DNA of 55,695 bases from an uncultured Desulfobacterales bacterium (GTDB lineage Bacteria > Desulfobacterota > Desulfobacteria > Desulfobacterales > ETH-SRB1), in NCBI GenBank assembly GCA_965195235.1, contig CBDAFK010000159.1, positions 1-55,695 on the forward strand. Direction: 5' to 3'. A program made the translations under genes and the position numbers. Numbering within the stretch: position 1 is the stretch's first letter; each line of letters opens with the position of its first letter. This document shows, one piece after another, positions 9,032 to 16,995 of this stretch. A model generated the notes under the pieces. It worked only from the letters and a program-made list of their open reading frames with translations. It made no database searches and was not told where the DNA came from.

Positions 9032-10003
9032 GCTTACGTTATTTATACGTTGATTGTGCTTATGTTGGCTGGTCCTGTTGCTCTGGCAGCAGAGCCCGGT
9101 AATATGGTCTGGTGGGAAATGAAATCCGGCAATGTGAATGCAGTGGCTTCTCTCAAAAGGCCCAAAAGCTTAACGCTTCGCTGGGGTAAGTTTCCGCATG
9201 TACAACAGGATGCAAGTCTTCATGGCCAATCAGCAAGTCTCGATAGCGCAAGGACATGGATCAGAAATCCTGATGGCATTATATCAGAGGCCAATCTATC
9301 TCCGGACAAGGAGGCTGTAGCATTAGATTTTCCCACCAAGCTCAATCCTACTGAGTCTAACGGCCTTTATCTTGTGGGCATTCATATAAACGCCGGAGTT
9401 ATGGATATTGATTCAGACGGCACAGATGAAACGGTTCATTATTATGCAAAATATTTAATATATCATCGAAAAGATGGTGGTATTCAAGGCGATAGACCGG
9501 ACGTATTTTTTAAAGATCCGAATAAGATTGCCCTTGAAATAGGGCCGTTAAATACTTCCGGTATTGGAGAAATCCCTTCTATGAAAGCTGGCTATCAAGA
9601 AGCGCTCAAAAAGCACAAAATGAAGGTTTTATACAAAGGGCGGCCACTTGCGGATGCAGAGGTAGCTGTTTTGACTGAAAGTGGCTGGGAAAGAAAAGAG
9701 AAAACTGATTCCAGAGGTATAGTCTCAATCACTCCGGTCGAAAACGAAGCAAAAGAGAATAAATTCTTGTATGTGGTGACCTACAAAGACCTGTCAAACG
9801 GGCAATATTATTGCTCCAGCCTGATGATGTATGTGCCGAAGTCCCCACCAGAATGGATGCCCAAGGCAAAAGGATTTATCTTTTGGTTTGTCCTTGGCAC
9901 TGGTTTATTTGTTGTCTATGTTGGCTGGCGGATCCATAGAAGGCAAAAGCGCGACAGGAAGACTATGCTTGAATTTGAGAGACATAAGATCAGGAAGGAT
10001 TAG
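9011..10003 (+). CDS. DUF4198-like periplasmic protein with C-terminal TM anchor (paralog of 15597..16832)
   Basis: Signal-like N-terminus. Motifs are KIALEIGP, KVLYKGRPLADAEVAV and TDSRGIVSITP (DUF4198/carboxypeptidase-regulatory-like). C-terminal TM plus basic tail. The exact start is uncertain because it lies inside a repeat array. Confidence 0.55.
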   Translation: MNSEPVNAYVIYTLIVLMLAGPVALAAEPGNMVWWEMKSGNVNAVASLKRPKSLTLRWGKFPHVQQDASLHGQSASLDSARTWIRNPDGIISEANLSPDKEAVALDFPTKLNPTESNGLYLVGIHINAGVMDIDSDGTDETVHYYAKYLIYHRKDGGIQGDRPDVFFKDPNKIALEIGPLNTSGIGEIPSMKAGYQEALKKHKMKVLYKGRPLADAEVAVLTESGWERKEKTDSRGIVSITPVENEAKENKFLYVVTYKDLSNGQYYCSSLMMYVPKSPPEWMPKAKGFIFWFVLGTGLFVVYVGWRIHRRQKRDRKTMLEFERHKIRKD

Positions 10004-10006
10004 GAC

Positions 10007-10957
10007 GTGACTGTTACGAATTTAAGATGGATGGCGCTGATTATATCCTTTTTGGTCTTGATTCTGGGAGGATTAATAGGGCTTGATCTCGGCGGCTTCC
10101 TTCCTGTCTATGCCTGTCCTTATGTTGGGCAGACAAGGGGCGGGGTCTGTTTTTTGTTCAGACTCCAGTTCATCCTCGGAGTTGGATCCTGGGAAGCATT
10201 CAAGGCTCTGGGAGAGCACCTTCTCTATTTTTCTATTCTGGTCGTTCTTATCGGCAGGGCGTGGTGCGGATGGATCTGTCCTTTTGGATTTCTTCAGGAT
10301 GTCCTGGACTTGATCAGAAGAAAGCTCCATATAGGTTATATAAGGTTTCCCGAGCGGCTCCGGGCCAACTTAAGGTGCATGAAGTGGATATTTTTCTTTA
10401 TTGCTTTATTGATTCCCCTCTGGGTAGCCTATCCTTTATTAGCTCCATCTGTGGCCGGGGATCTGCGTCAACCTTTCTGCAGCCTGTGTCCAGGGAAATA
10501 TATCCTGCCGCTGGTTATTGGCAATCCCGATAGCGTGGCCGTTGATTTTAAAAGCGCCACTACTATTACCATGACCATTCTTGGTCTCACCTTTTCAACC
10601 ATTGCTATCATTGGCGCACTGCTGAAAAGACGATTCTGGTGCCCCTATTGTCCAATGGGCTTATTGCTTTCGTGGTACAAGAAAATCAGCTTTATAAAAC
10701 TCAAAAAAGATTGCCAGAAATGCACGATGTGCGAGGTCTGCTACAATGTTTGCCCGGTAGAGATACAACAGGTTTTTAAGGAAAGGGAAAACGAGGACGT
10801 TACTTTCACTGATTGTACTCTCTGCCTGCGATGTGTGGAATATTGTCCTGAAGACGGCGCACTCAGGGCAACCTTTCTTGGGAAAACAATCTATAAATCG
10901 ACCAGCAAGGGTTTCTTTTCCAGACAGCATATCATCCCGGGAGTTACTGATGATTAG
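10007..10957 (+). CDS. Membrane-bound 4Fe-4S polyferredoxin, NapH/MauN/CcoG-like
   Basis: Several TM helices, RAWCGWICPFG motif, and two ferredoxin motifs (CQKCTMCEVCYNVCP, CTLCLRCVEYCP). Confidence 0.8.
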   Translation: MTVTNLRWMALIISFLVLILGGLIGLDLGGFLPVYACPYVGQTRGGVCFLFRLQFILGVGSWEAFKALGEHLLYFSILVVLIGRAWCGWICPFGFLQDVLDLIRRKLHIGYIRFPERLRANLRCMKWIFFFIALLIPLWVAYPLLAPSVAGDLRQPFCSLCPGKYILPLVIGNPDSVAVDFKSATTITMTILGLTFSTIAIIGALLKRRFWCPYCPMGLLLSWYKKISFIKLKKDCQKCTMCEVCYNVCPVEIQQVFKERENEDVTFTDCTLCLRCVEYCPEDGALRATFLGKTIYKSTSKGFFSRQHIIPGVTDD

Positions 10958-11207
10958 GTGATTAGGTGATTAGGTGATTAGGTGATTAGGTGATTGGATG
11001 ATTGGATGATTGGATGATTGGATGATTGGATGATTGGATGATTGGATGATTGGATGATTGGATGATTGGATGATTAGATGATTAGATGATTAGATGATTA
11101 GATGATTAGATGATTAGATGATTAGATGATTAGATGATTAGATGATTAGATGATTAGATGATTAGATGATTAGATGATTGGATGATTGGATGATTCGTTG
11201 ATTGGAT
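10952..11207. repeat. 32-unit octamer tandem array in homogeneous blocks: 5x gattaggt, 10x gattggat, 13x gattagat, then gattggat x2, gattcgtt, gattggat
   Basis: Units counted from coordinates: 10952, 10992, 11072, 11176. The first unit supplies the TAG stop of the upstream gene. Confidence 0.97.
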
Positions 11208-11226
11208 GAGAGATAGAAGGTGAGTT

Positions 11227-11622
11227 GTGGCGGAGAAGGCGTTTAGGACATTTGAGGACCTGGAGTGCTGGCAGGCGTGTAGGGAGTTGCGAATGTTTGC
11301 AGCCAGGGTTTGTAGGGGATTTTCCAAAGAGGAAGAATATCGTCTTAAAGATCAGATTTTGCGGTCGGCTCGGAGTACGACAGCCAACATTGCGGAGGGC
11401 TATGGGCGATTCCACTATCAGGAAAACATCCAATACTGCCGCCACGCCAGAGGGTCATCATACGAAGTTTTGGATCATTTTATTACCGGAGTTGACGAGG
11501 ATCTAATCCCTGAAGCCAGTTTATCTGAATGCAGAATATTGGTGGAAAAAAGCGTTAAACTCTTGAATGGATACATTAGATATCTTGAATCAAAAAAGAA
11601 AAACAAATCAACAAATCGATGA
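11227..11622 (+). CDS. Four-helix-bundle protein (23S rRNA intervening-sequence protein / Avd-like family), copy 1
   Basis: Family hallmarks: FEDLECWQ, LKDQILRSARSTTANIAEGYGR, ARGSSYEVLDH. GTG start with SD gaaggtgag. Confidence 0.9.
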   Translation: MAEKAFRTFEDLECWQACRELRMFAARVCRGFSKEEEYRLKDQILRSARSTTANIAEGYGRFHYQENIQYCRHARGSSYEVLDHFITGVDEDLIPEASLSECRILVEKSVKLLNGYIRYLESKKKNKSTNR

Positions 11623-11684
11623 TTGGATGATTGGATGAAAAGAAAAACGAATGAACGAATCGACGAATCGACGAATCGACGAAA
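11621..11684. repeat. gattggat x2, then gaaaagaaaaa, then cgaatcga-type octamers in opposite orientation
   Basis: Read directly. Overlaps the stop codon of 4HB copy 1 and the first ORF-track start of the next gene. Confidence 0.8.
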
Positions 11685-13003
11685 TACTAATGACTAAGGA
11701 AGCTGATCAATTGCAAAAACGGAAAGCTCGTTTTGCCCGCGGTCTTGTTCGTTCAGCCGAAACAACGCTTGCTGAATTGGAGGAGAACCCGGATCTGCCA
11801 TTGAGTATGCACTATTTTATCAATATAATGAGGGAAGTATTTGTAAAGGACCGGGCGCATCGACTGCTGCTCCCATCTCAGCATCAAAGTACCAATAATA
11901 GGAAAATAATCGGCACATACTGCCTCATGGTTCCGGAAGAGCTAATCTATGCGGCAGGCGCGATACCCGTTCGACTTTGCGGAGGAAACTATGAGGCATC
12001 CCTGGCCGGAGATGAACTGGTGCCTCGTGATACATGTCCAGTGGTAAAGTCATCTATCGGTTTTACTTCTTTGAATCTGATGTCTTTATATCAGATGTGC
12101 GATGCAGTCATAGTTCCCACTACTTGTGATGCAAAGAGAAAGATGGGGGAGGAACTTTCAAAGTTTACTGAGGTCTGGATGCTCGAAGTGCCTCATATCA
12201 AAGATAGTGAAGGTTCAAGAAGACAATGGCTTCAACAACTTTACGCTTTAAAGAATAATATTGAAAAATTTACAGGTAAAAGTTTTATACGCAGGAAAAT
12301 CAGGCGCAAGGCGCTGGATGCCTCAATCAAGATGATAGGCTCGGCCCAGTACCAGGCTCGCAGGCTCTATGACATCAGGAAGTCATCTGCAGCCATAATC
12401 TCTGGGCGTGATGCAATGTTTGCAATCAATGCCTATAGTTATGATACAGCTTTTAAGTGGACAAAGGCAATGACCAGGTTGAATGATGAATTAGAAGTGC
12501 GATGCCATAAAGGTCAGTTTATTTGCAGTGAGCATACGCCGCGCATATTGATTGCAGGTTCTCCCCCGATCTTTCCTAACTGGAAAATCCCCTCTCTTAT
12601 CGAAGAGATGGGTGCTGTGATCGTAGCCGATGAGTCGTGTATGGGTAATCGTTATCTTTACGATCCTATAGGACTCACCGAAAAGTCGGTGACGGATATG
12701 ATGGTAGGCATTGCTGCCAGGTATATTATGCCTTGCGTCTGCCCATCATTTGCGCCAAATGAGGACAGGCTCTTTAGATTACTTCAAATGGCTGAAGAAT
12801 TCAGCATTGACGGCATCATCTATCATGTACTCAAAGGGTGCGTCATCTATGACTTTGAGCTGATTCGTGTTGAAAAGATAATGAAAGGCAAAAATATACC
12901 AGTGCTGCGGATAGAAACGGACTACTCTCCTGAAGACATTGAACAGCTCAGGACCCGTATTGAAGCATTTGTAGAGATGCTCGGAATAAGAAAAGAAAGA
13001 TAA
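11651..13003 (+). CDS. 2-hydroxyacyl-CoA dehydratase / benzoyl-CoA reductase BcrC/BadD / double-cubane-cluster-protein family (PF06050-like) Fe-S enzyme
   Basis: 450 aa. Family-like segments are IIGTYCLMVPEELIYAAGAIPVRLCGG, CDAVIVPTTCDAKRK and GIIYHVLKGCVIYD, with many conserved-looking Cys. Followed by an HgdC-type activator. Alternative start ATG 11690. Confidence 0.75.
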   Translation: MNESTNRRIDEILMTKEADQLQKRKARFARGLVRSAETTLAELEENPDLPLSMHYFINIMREVFVKDRAHRLLLPSQHQSTNNRKIIGTYCLMVPEELIYAAGAIPVRLCGGNYEASLAGDELVPRDTCPVVKSSIGFTSLNLMSLYQMCDAVIVPTTCDAKRKMGEELSKFTEVWMLEVPHIKDSEGSRRQWLQQLYALKNNIEKFTGKSFIRRKIRRKALDASIKMIGSAQYQARRLYDIRKSSAAIISGRDAMFAINAYSYDTAFKWTKAMTRLNDELEVRCHKGQFICSEHTPRILIAGSPPIFPNWKIPSLIEEMGAVIVADESCMGNRYLYDPIGLTEKSVTDMMVGIAARYIMPCVCPSFAPNEDRLFRLLQMAEEFSIDGIIYHVLKGCVIYDFELIRVEKIMKGKNIPVLRIETDYSPEDIEQLRTRIEAFVEMLGIRKER

Positions 13004-13078
13004 AGAGGTCAGAGGTCGGAGGTCGGCATCTTGTTCCCAGGCTTTGTCTGGGAATGCATAAGAAGGGAGGATGATTAC

Positions 13079-13876
13079 ATGGAATGTTATGCAGGTATTG
13101 ACGCGGGTTCAACTTACATGAAGGTAGCTATTATGAATAATAATAGCGTATTAGAGGGGTATAAAGTCGCGCCTGCAGGCATAGACTGCCGCGAGACAGC
13201 AAAAGCGGTATTCGATCAACTACTTGACAACTTAGGTCTATCTGCACCTGATGTCCTCTCTATTACTTCCACAGGTTACGGCCGGAGACGGGTCGATATC
13301 TCCCATAAAAACGTAACAGAGATAAGAGCCCATGCAACAGGCGCTGTCTGGACAGCGCATGAAGGAAGAAAAATCAGGACAATCATTGACATTGGCGGGC
13401 AGGACAGCAAGGTGATTGTTATCAACGAAGAAGGGGAAACAAAAAACTTTGCAATGAATGATAAATGCGCTGCCGGCACAGGCCGTTTCTTAGAAGTCCT
13501 TGCGCGCGTCCTTAACGTAACGGTTGAAGAACTTGGTCCCTTTTCGCTTCAGGCAAAGAGTCCGTGCCAGATAAATAGTCTATGCGCGGTATTTGCGGAA
13601 TCTGAGGTAATATCGCTTCTTGCAAGGGGAAACGACCGCAAGAACATCATTGCCGGAATCCATAGATCTCTTGCCAAACGAGTTTCAGGGATGGCAAGAA
13701 GGGCCGGTTTGGAATCTGAAGTGCTTTTGACCGGTGGAGGAGCCCTTAATCCCGGTCTTGTCGCTGCATTTGAGGATGAATTGATGATGGATATCTATGT
13801 TGCAAAAAATCCTCAACTCAATGGCGCAATCGGAGCCGCCCTGCTTGGCAAAAACTCTAATGGAGGAAAAGGGTAA
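13079..13876 (+). CDS. HgdC/BcrAD/BadFG-type ATPase activator (archerase) of the preceding enzyme
   Basis: GIDAGSTYMKVAI (actin-fold phosphate-1), DIGGQDSKVI, CAAGTGRFLE, LCAVFAESEVISL, LTGGGALN. Confidence 0.9.
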   Translation: MECYAGIDAGSTYMKVAIMNNNSVLEGYKVAPAGIDCRETAKAVFDQLLDNLGLSAPDVLSITSTGYGRRRVDISHKNVTEIRAHATGAVWTAHEGRKIRTIIDIGGQDSKVIVINEEGETKNFAMNDKCAAGTGRFLEVLARVLNVTVEELGPFSLQAKSPCQINSLCAVFAESEVISLLARGNDRKNIIAGIHRSLAKRVSGMARRAGLESEVLLTGGGALNPGLVAAFEDELMMDIYVAKNPQLNGAIGAALLGKNSNGGKG

Positions 13877-13878
13877 AT

Positions 13879-14553
13879 ATGTTACCTCAATTTGCGATAC
13901 CCTATTCCACAGCCTTATTTATAGGCATTACATCCGGAATAAGCCAGTGTAATGTTGTATGTGCTCCGGTTGTATCTACTTATATAATGGGATCAGGACA
14001 AAGCGCACTAAAGGGCCTGAAATCTTTTGCTGTTTTTACGCTTGGAAGAGTTTTCATGTGCGCAGCGCTTGGCCTGGCTTCAGGTTATATCGGCGCAACA
14101 TTTATTAGTGTGGAAAGCGACTTGCAATATGTCCGGTTAGTTTACAGTTCTGTGTTGATTTTAGTTGGTTTGCTGATGCTTGTACATCCTGTGTGTAAAA
14201 ACTGCAAACAGTCAAAAGAGAAAACCAGGATGTTTGCCTTTTTCTCACAACGTTTTGCTTTCAATCCAACAGCACACTTGCTTATTATGGGGATGGCATT
14301 TGCCATGATTCCATGTCCGCCGATGGGACTCGCATTGCTTTATAGCTCACAGATGCCGTCAGTAATCTCCAGTTCTATCCTGATGTCGCTTTTCGGCATC
14401 GGGACAGCAGTCTCGCCACTTATAATTATTTGTGCTCTGGCAGGCTGGTTTTCTAAAAAAATTAAGAGCGAGGTTCCGCAATACAGGATGATGTTTCAGA
14501 GGCTTTCAGGGGTAATATTAATCTTACTTGGTGGTTTGCCTGTTATATTTTAA
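13879..14553 (+). CDS. Polytopic membrane protein, CcdA/DsbD_2-like (putative transmembrane reductant or ion carrier)
   Basis: About 6 predicted TM helices with Cys in TM segments (SQCNVVCAP, IPCPPMG). Starts 3 nt after the activator stop. Confidence 0.45.
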   Translation: MLPQFAIPYSTALFIGITSGISQCNVVCAPVVSTYIMGSGQSALKGLKSFAVFTLGRVFMCAALGLASGYIGATFISVESDLQYVRLVYSSVLILVGLLMLVHPVCKNCKQSKEKTRMFAFFSQRFAFNPTAHLLIMGMAFAMIPCPPMGLALLYSSQMPSVISSSILMSLFGIGTAVSPLIIICALAGWFSKKIKSEVPQYRMMFQRLSGVILILLGGLPVIF

Positions 14554-14638
14554 GGAAACTTTTAAATGGTCAATTGCTAATTTTGTCTCCCTCGCCCCTT
14601 GGGGAGTGGGCCGGAGTGAGGGGGAAACAGGAGGTGTA

Positions 14639-15430
14639 ATGATGAAGAATTTCAAAAGACTTTTTCAAATCGTTTTAGTTCTATGTTTTTGTTTGTGCCT
14701 TTCCACAGTTGCTTATGCCCATACAATGTGGCTCAATGTTACAGACTATTCCCCGAAGATTTTTTCCCATCCCAAATATGCTCCGGTGCCGCGGGCAAAA
14801 ACTGTGGTTTATTTTGGTTGGGGGCATAGATACCCGGTAGCTGATTTTTTATCTGACAAATATCTGGGAGACTTTTTCTTGATTAAGCCGGATGGCAGTA
14901 AAGAAAAATTAACACCTGGTGAAGGAGGATTCCGGGCTGTTGAAATAAAGGAAAAAAAGGAAGGCGGGATGATAGTCGCTGCGACCATAACACCTGGTTT
15001 TTATGGAGAAATAAAGAAAAAAAAGGATTTCTATAAACTTCGTTATGCGCAATACGCCAAGGCATTAATAAATGTTGGAAAAGTTTCAGGCAATCCCTTT
15101 TCAAAGCCTGTGGGCCACAGGTTAGAGATAATTCCTTTGAAGAATCCCAATGAACTTAAGTTGGAAGAGTGGTTTGAATTTAAGGTGTTGTTTGATGGAA
15201 AGCCGGCAAAGCGTGTGAAGATTCGTGCATGTTCTCTTTTTTCCTTCGCTGGCAAATCTTTTACTACATCAACAGATAATAATGGGAAGGCAAAGATAAG
15301 GATTCTGGATTATTGTGGACCATGGATTGTAAAAGCGACTATGCAGTTGCCCCCTACTAAGGAGTTCAAAGATAAATGCAAAGAGCTTTCTTATACAGCG
15401 ACGCTTACTTTTGCAGTGCCGAAAACGTAG
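14639..15430 (+). CDS. DUF4198-family periplasmic (Ni/Co-type) binding protein
   Basis: Signal peptide ending ..AYAHTMWLNV (mature N-terminus H-x-x-W, typical of DUF4198). LEIIPLKNP and VLFDGKPAKRVKI. SD aggagg at 14629-14634. Confidence 0.65.
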   Translation: MMKNFKRLFQIVLVLCFCLCLSTVAYAHTMWLNVTDYSPKIFSHPKYAPVPRAKTVVYFGWGHRYPVADFLSDKYLGDFFLIKPDGSKEKLTPGEGGFRAVEIKEKKEGGMIVAATITPGFYGEIKKKKDFYKLRYAQYAKALINVGKVSGNPFSKPVGHRLEIIPLKNPNELKLEEWFEFKVLFDGKPAKRVKIRACSLFSFAGKSFTTSTDNNGKAKIRILDYCGPWIVKATMQLPPTKEFKDKCKELSYTATLTFAVPKT

Positions 15431-15435
15431 CTGTT

Positions 15436-15581
15436 GAGTGATTGGATGAATGGGATGGTTGGATGATTGAGTGAATAGGCGTCACTGCTTAAGTAGCCGG
15501 ATGTTTAAATAATCTGCGAAAATCTGCGTAATCTGCGGATTGGACGAAAAGAAAAATGAATCAACAAATCAACGAAATGAG
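15436..15581. repeat. Mixed short-repeat spacer: gattggat-like units, aatctgcg units, and gaaaagaaaaa plus aatcaac units
   Basis: Read directly. Confidence 0.8.
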
Positions 15582-15596
15582 AAAGGAGACTATGCA

Positions 15597-16832
15597 ATGA
15601 AACACTTTAAGGTATTTGCATTTGCTTTACTTACTATGCTTATGGTGGCTGGTTCTGCCGCTTTTGCGTCACATCCGGCCCAGGTGATCTGGTGGGAGCT
15701 CGAAGCTCAGCACACAGATCATGCTGCTGCTTTGACCATGGCTGAAATGATTGCTGCTTTCGAAAGGCCAAAGACATTGATTTTGCGCCAGGGGACATTT
15801 CCACCTTCAGGGGATGATAAGAGCGCTCCTGGCCAATTTTTGGCGTTCGATGATGCCAGCGTCTGGATCAGAAATCCTGATGGCGTGGTGTCAGCGATAA
15901 ATCCGTCCCGAGATAATGGGACTATCACACTGAACCTTCCCTCCGATCTCAACGCTGGAGAGTTGAATGGCCGATACCTCGTGGGCGTCCATCTCGATGC
16001 CGGTGTTATGGATCTTGATTCGGATGGCACAGATGAGAAGGTTCATTTTTATTCGAAGTTCCTCGTAAATTATCGCAAAAAGGATGGCATTAAAGGTGAA
16101 AATCCGGATGTTTTCTTTAAGTACGACGATAAGATTGCCCTTGAAATAGGGCCGTTTTTTCCCAAAAGTATGTTCAAAAAGGCGGCATGCCCTCACGCTG
16201 ATGCTATCAAAGGCAGCAAAGGAAGTAAGGTCGGTTATGTTAGTGATGGTGGCAACCAGTCATCCCTCAAGGAGTACAAAATGAAGGTTTTATACAAAGG
16301 GCGGCCACTTGTAAATGCAGACGTAATTATTTTGAGTAAGACCGGTTGGAAGAAGACCCTCGTGACCGACTCTGAGGGCGCAATTTCAATTACTCCTCCA
16401 AAGACACTTGCACCTATTGTAAATCCGCAGGGAATCAGTCACTTTCGTGGACATGGAAAGCCTCACTCTGGAATCGGAGAAGGTACAAAAAAAGACTCGC
16501 AGGGCGCAGGACACAAGGCTGGATACGCCGAAGGGCATAAGGTTCGACATGCCAACAGAATATTACCTGGAGGCAGACATACAGCCGTAGACAAATTGCT
16601 CTATGTGGTGGCTTATGAAGACCCTGCAACCGGGGAATATCACTGTGCAACCCTGCCAATGAGTTTAGGAATGTTTTCTCGCGGCGGCAGCGGCAAATGG
16701 CTGAGCATGTCCAGCGGCTTTGCTTCCTGGGGTATCCTTGGAGCGGGTTTAGGCGTTGTCGGTGTTGGCGGAGGTATTTACCATAGGAAAAGACGCAACA
16801 GGGAAACAATCTTCAAATCCAAAAAATCATAG
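15597..16832 (+). CDS. DUF4198-like periplasmic protein with His/Gly-rich insertion and C-terminal TM anchor (paralog of 9011..10003)
   Basis: Shares WIRNPDG, LVGVHLDAGVMDLDSDGTDEKVHFY, KIALEIGP, YKMKVLYKGRPL, TDSEGAISITP and LYVVAYED with the paralog. ATG 15597 is preceded by SD gaaaggag. Confidence 0.6.
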   Translation: MKHFKVFAFALLTMLMVAGSAAFASHPAQVIWWELEAQHTDHAAALTMAEMIAAFERPKTLILRQGTFPPSGDDKSAPGQFLAFDDASVWIRNPDGVVSAINPSRDNGTITLNLPSDLNAGELNGRYLVGVHLDAGVMDLDSDGTDEKVHFYSKFLVNYRKKDGIKGENPDVFFKYDDKIALEIGPFFPKSMFKKAACPHADAIKGSKGSKVGYVSDGGNQSSLKEYKMKVLYKGRPLVNADVIILSKTGWKKTLVTDSEGAISITPPKTLAPIVNPQGISHFRGHGKPHSGIGEGTKKDSQGAGHKAGYAEGHKVRHANRILPGGRHTAVDKLLYVVAYEDPATGEYHCATLPMSLGMFSRGGSGKWLSMSSGFASWGILGAGLGVVGVGGGIYHRKRRNRETIFKSKKS

Positions 16833-16995
16833 TATCAGAAATTTGAAACTGAAAAATTTGTAATGGCCGCAAAAAGTCGCATAAATATAAATCGTATGCA
16901 TTTGTTAAGGCTCAAACCGTTTTGCGCTTTTTGCGACTTTTTGCGGCTAATTTTCGTTTTTAAAGGTGCAAACTACTTTTGTGGCTATATAAAGA

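Noticed and set aside
10952-11207. CRISPR array
   Set aside because: The units are 7-8 nt and directly abutting with no spacers, far from the 24-48-nt repeats with unique spacers of CRISPR. No cas genes are present in the window.
11227-11622. Diversity-generating retroelement (the 4HB proteins are Avd-like)
   Set aside because: No reverse transcriptase ORF and no template/variable repeat pair could be found anywhere in the window near any of the three 4HB genes.
14587-14625. GC-rich element ctccctcgccccttggggagtgggccggagtgaggggg (and a similar one at 22139-22175) as a functional RNA
   Set aside because: It looks like a generic REP-type GC hairpin. Only single copies of each are present in the window, and there is too little evidence for a specific call.
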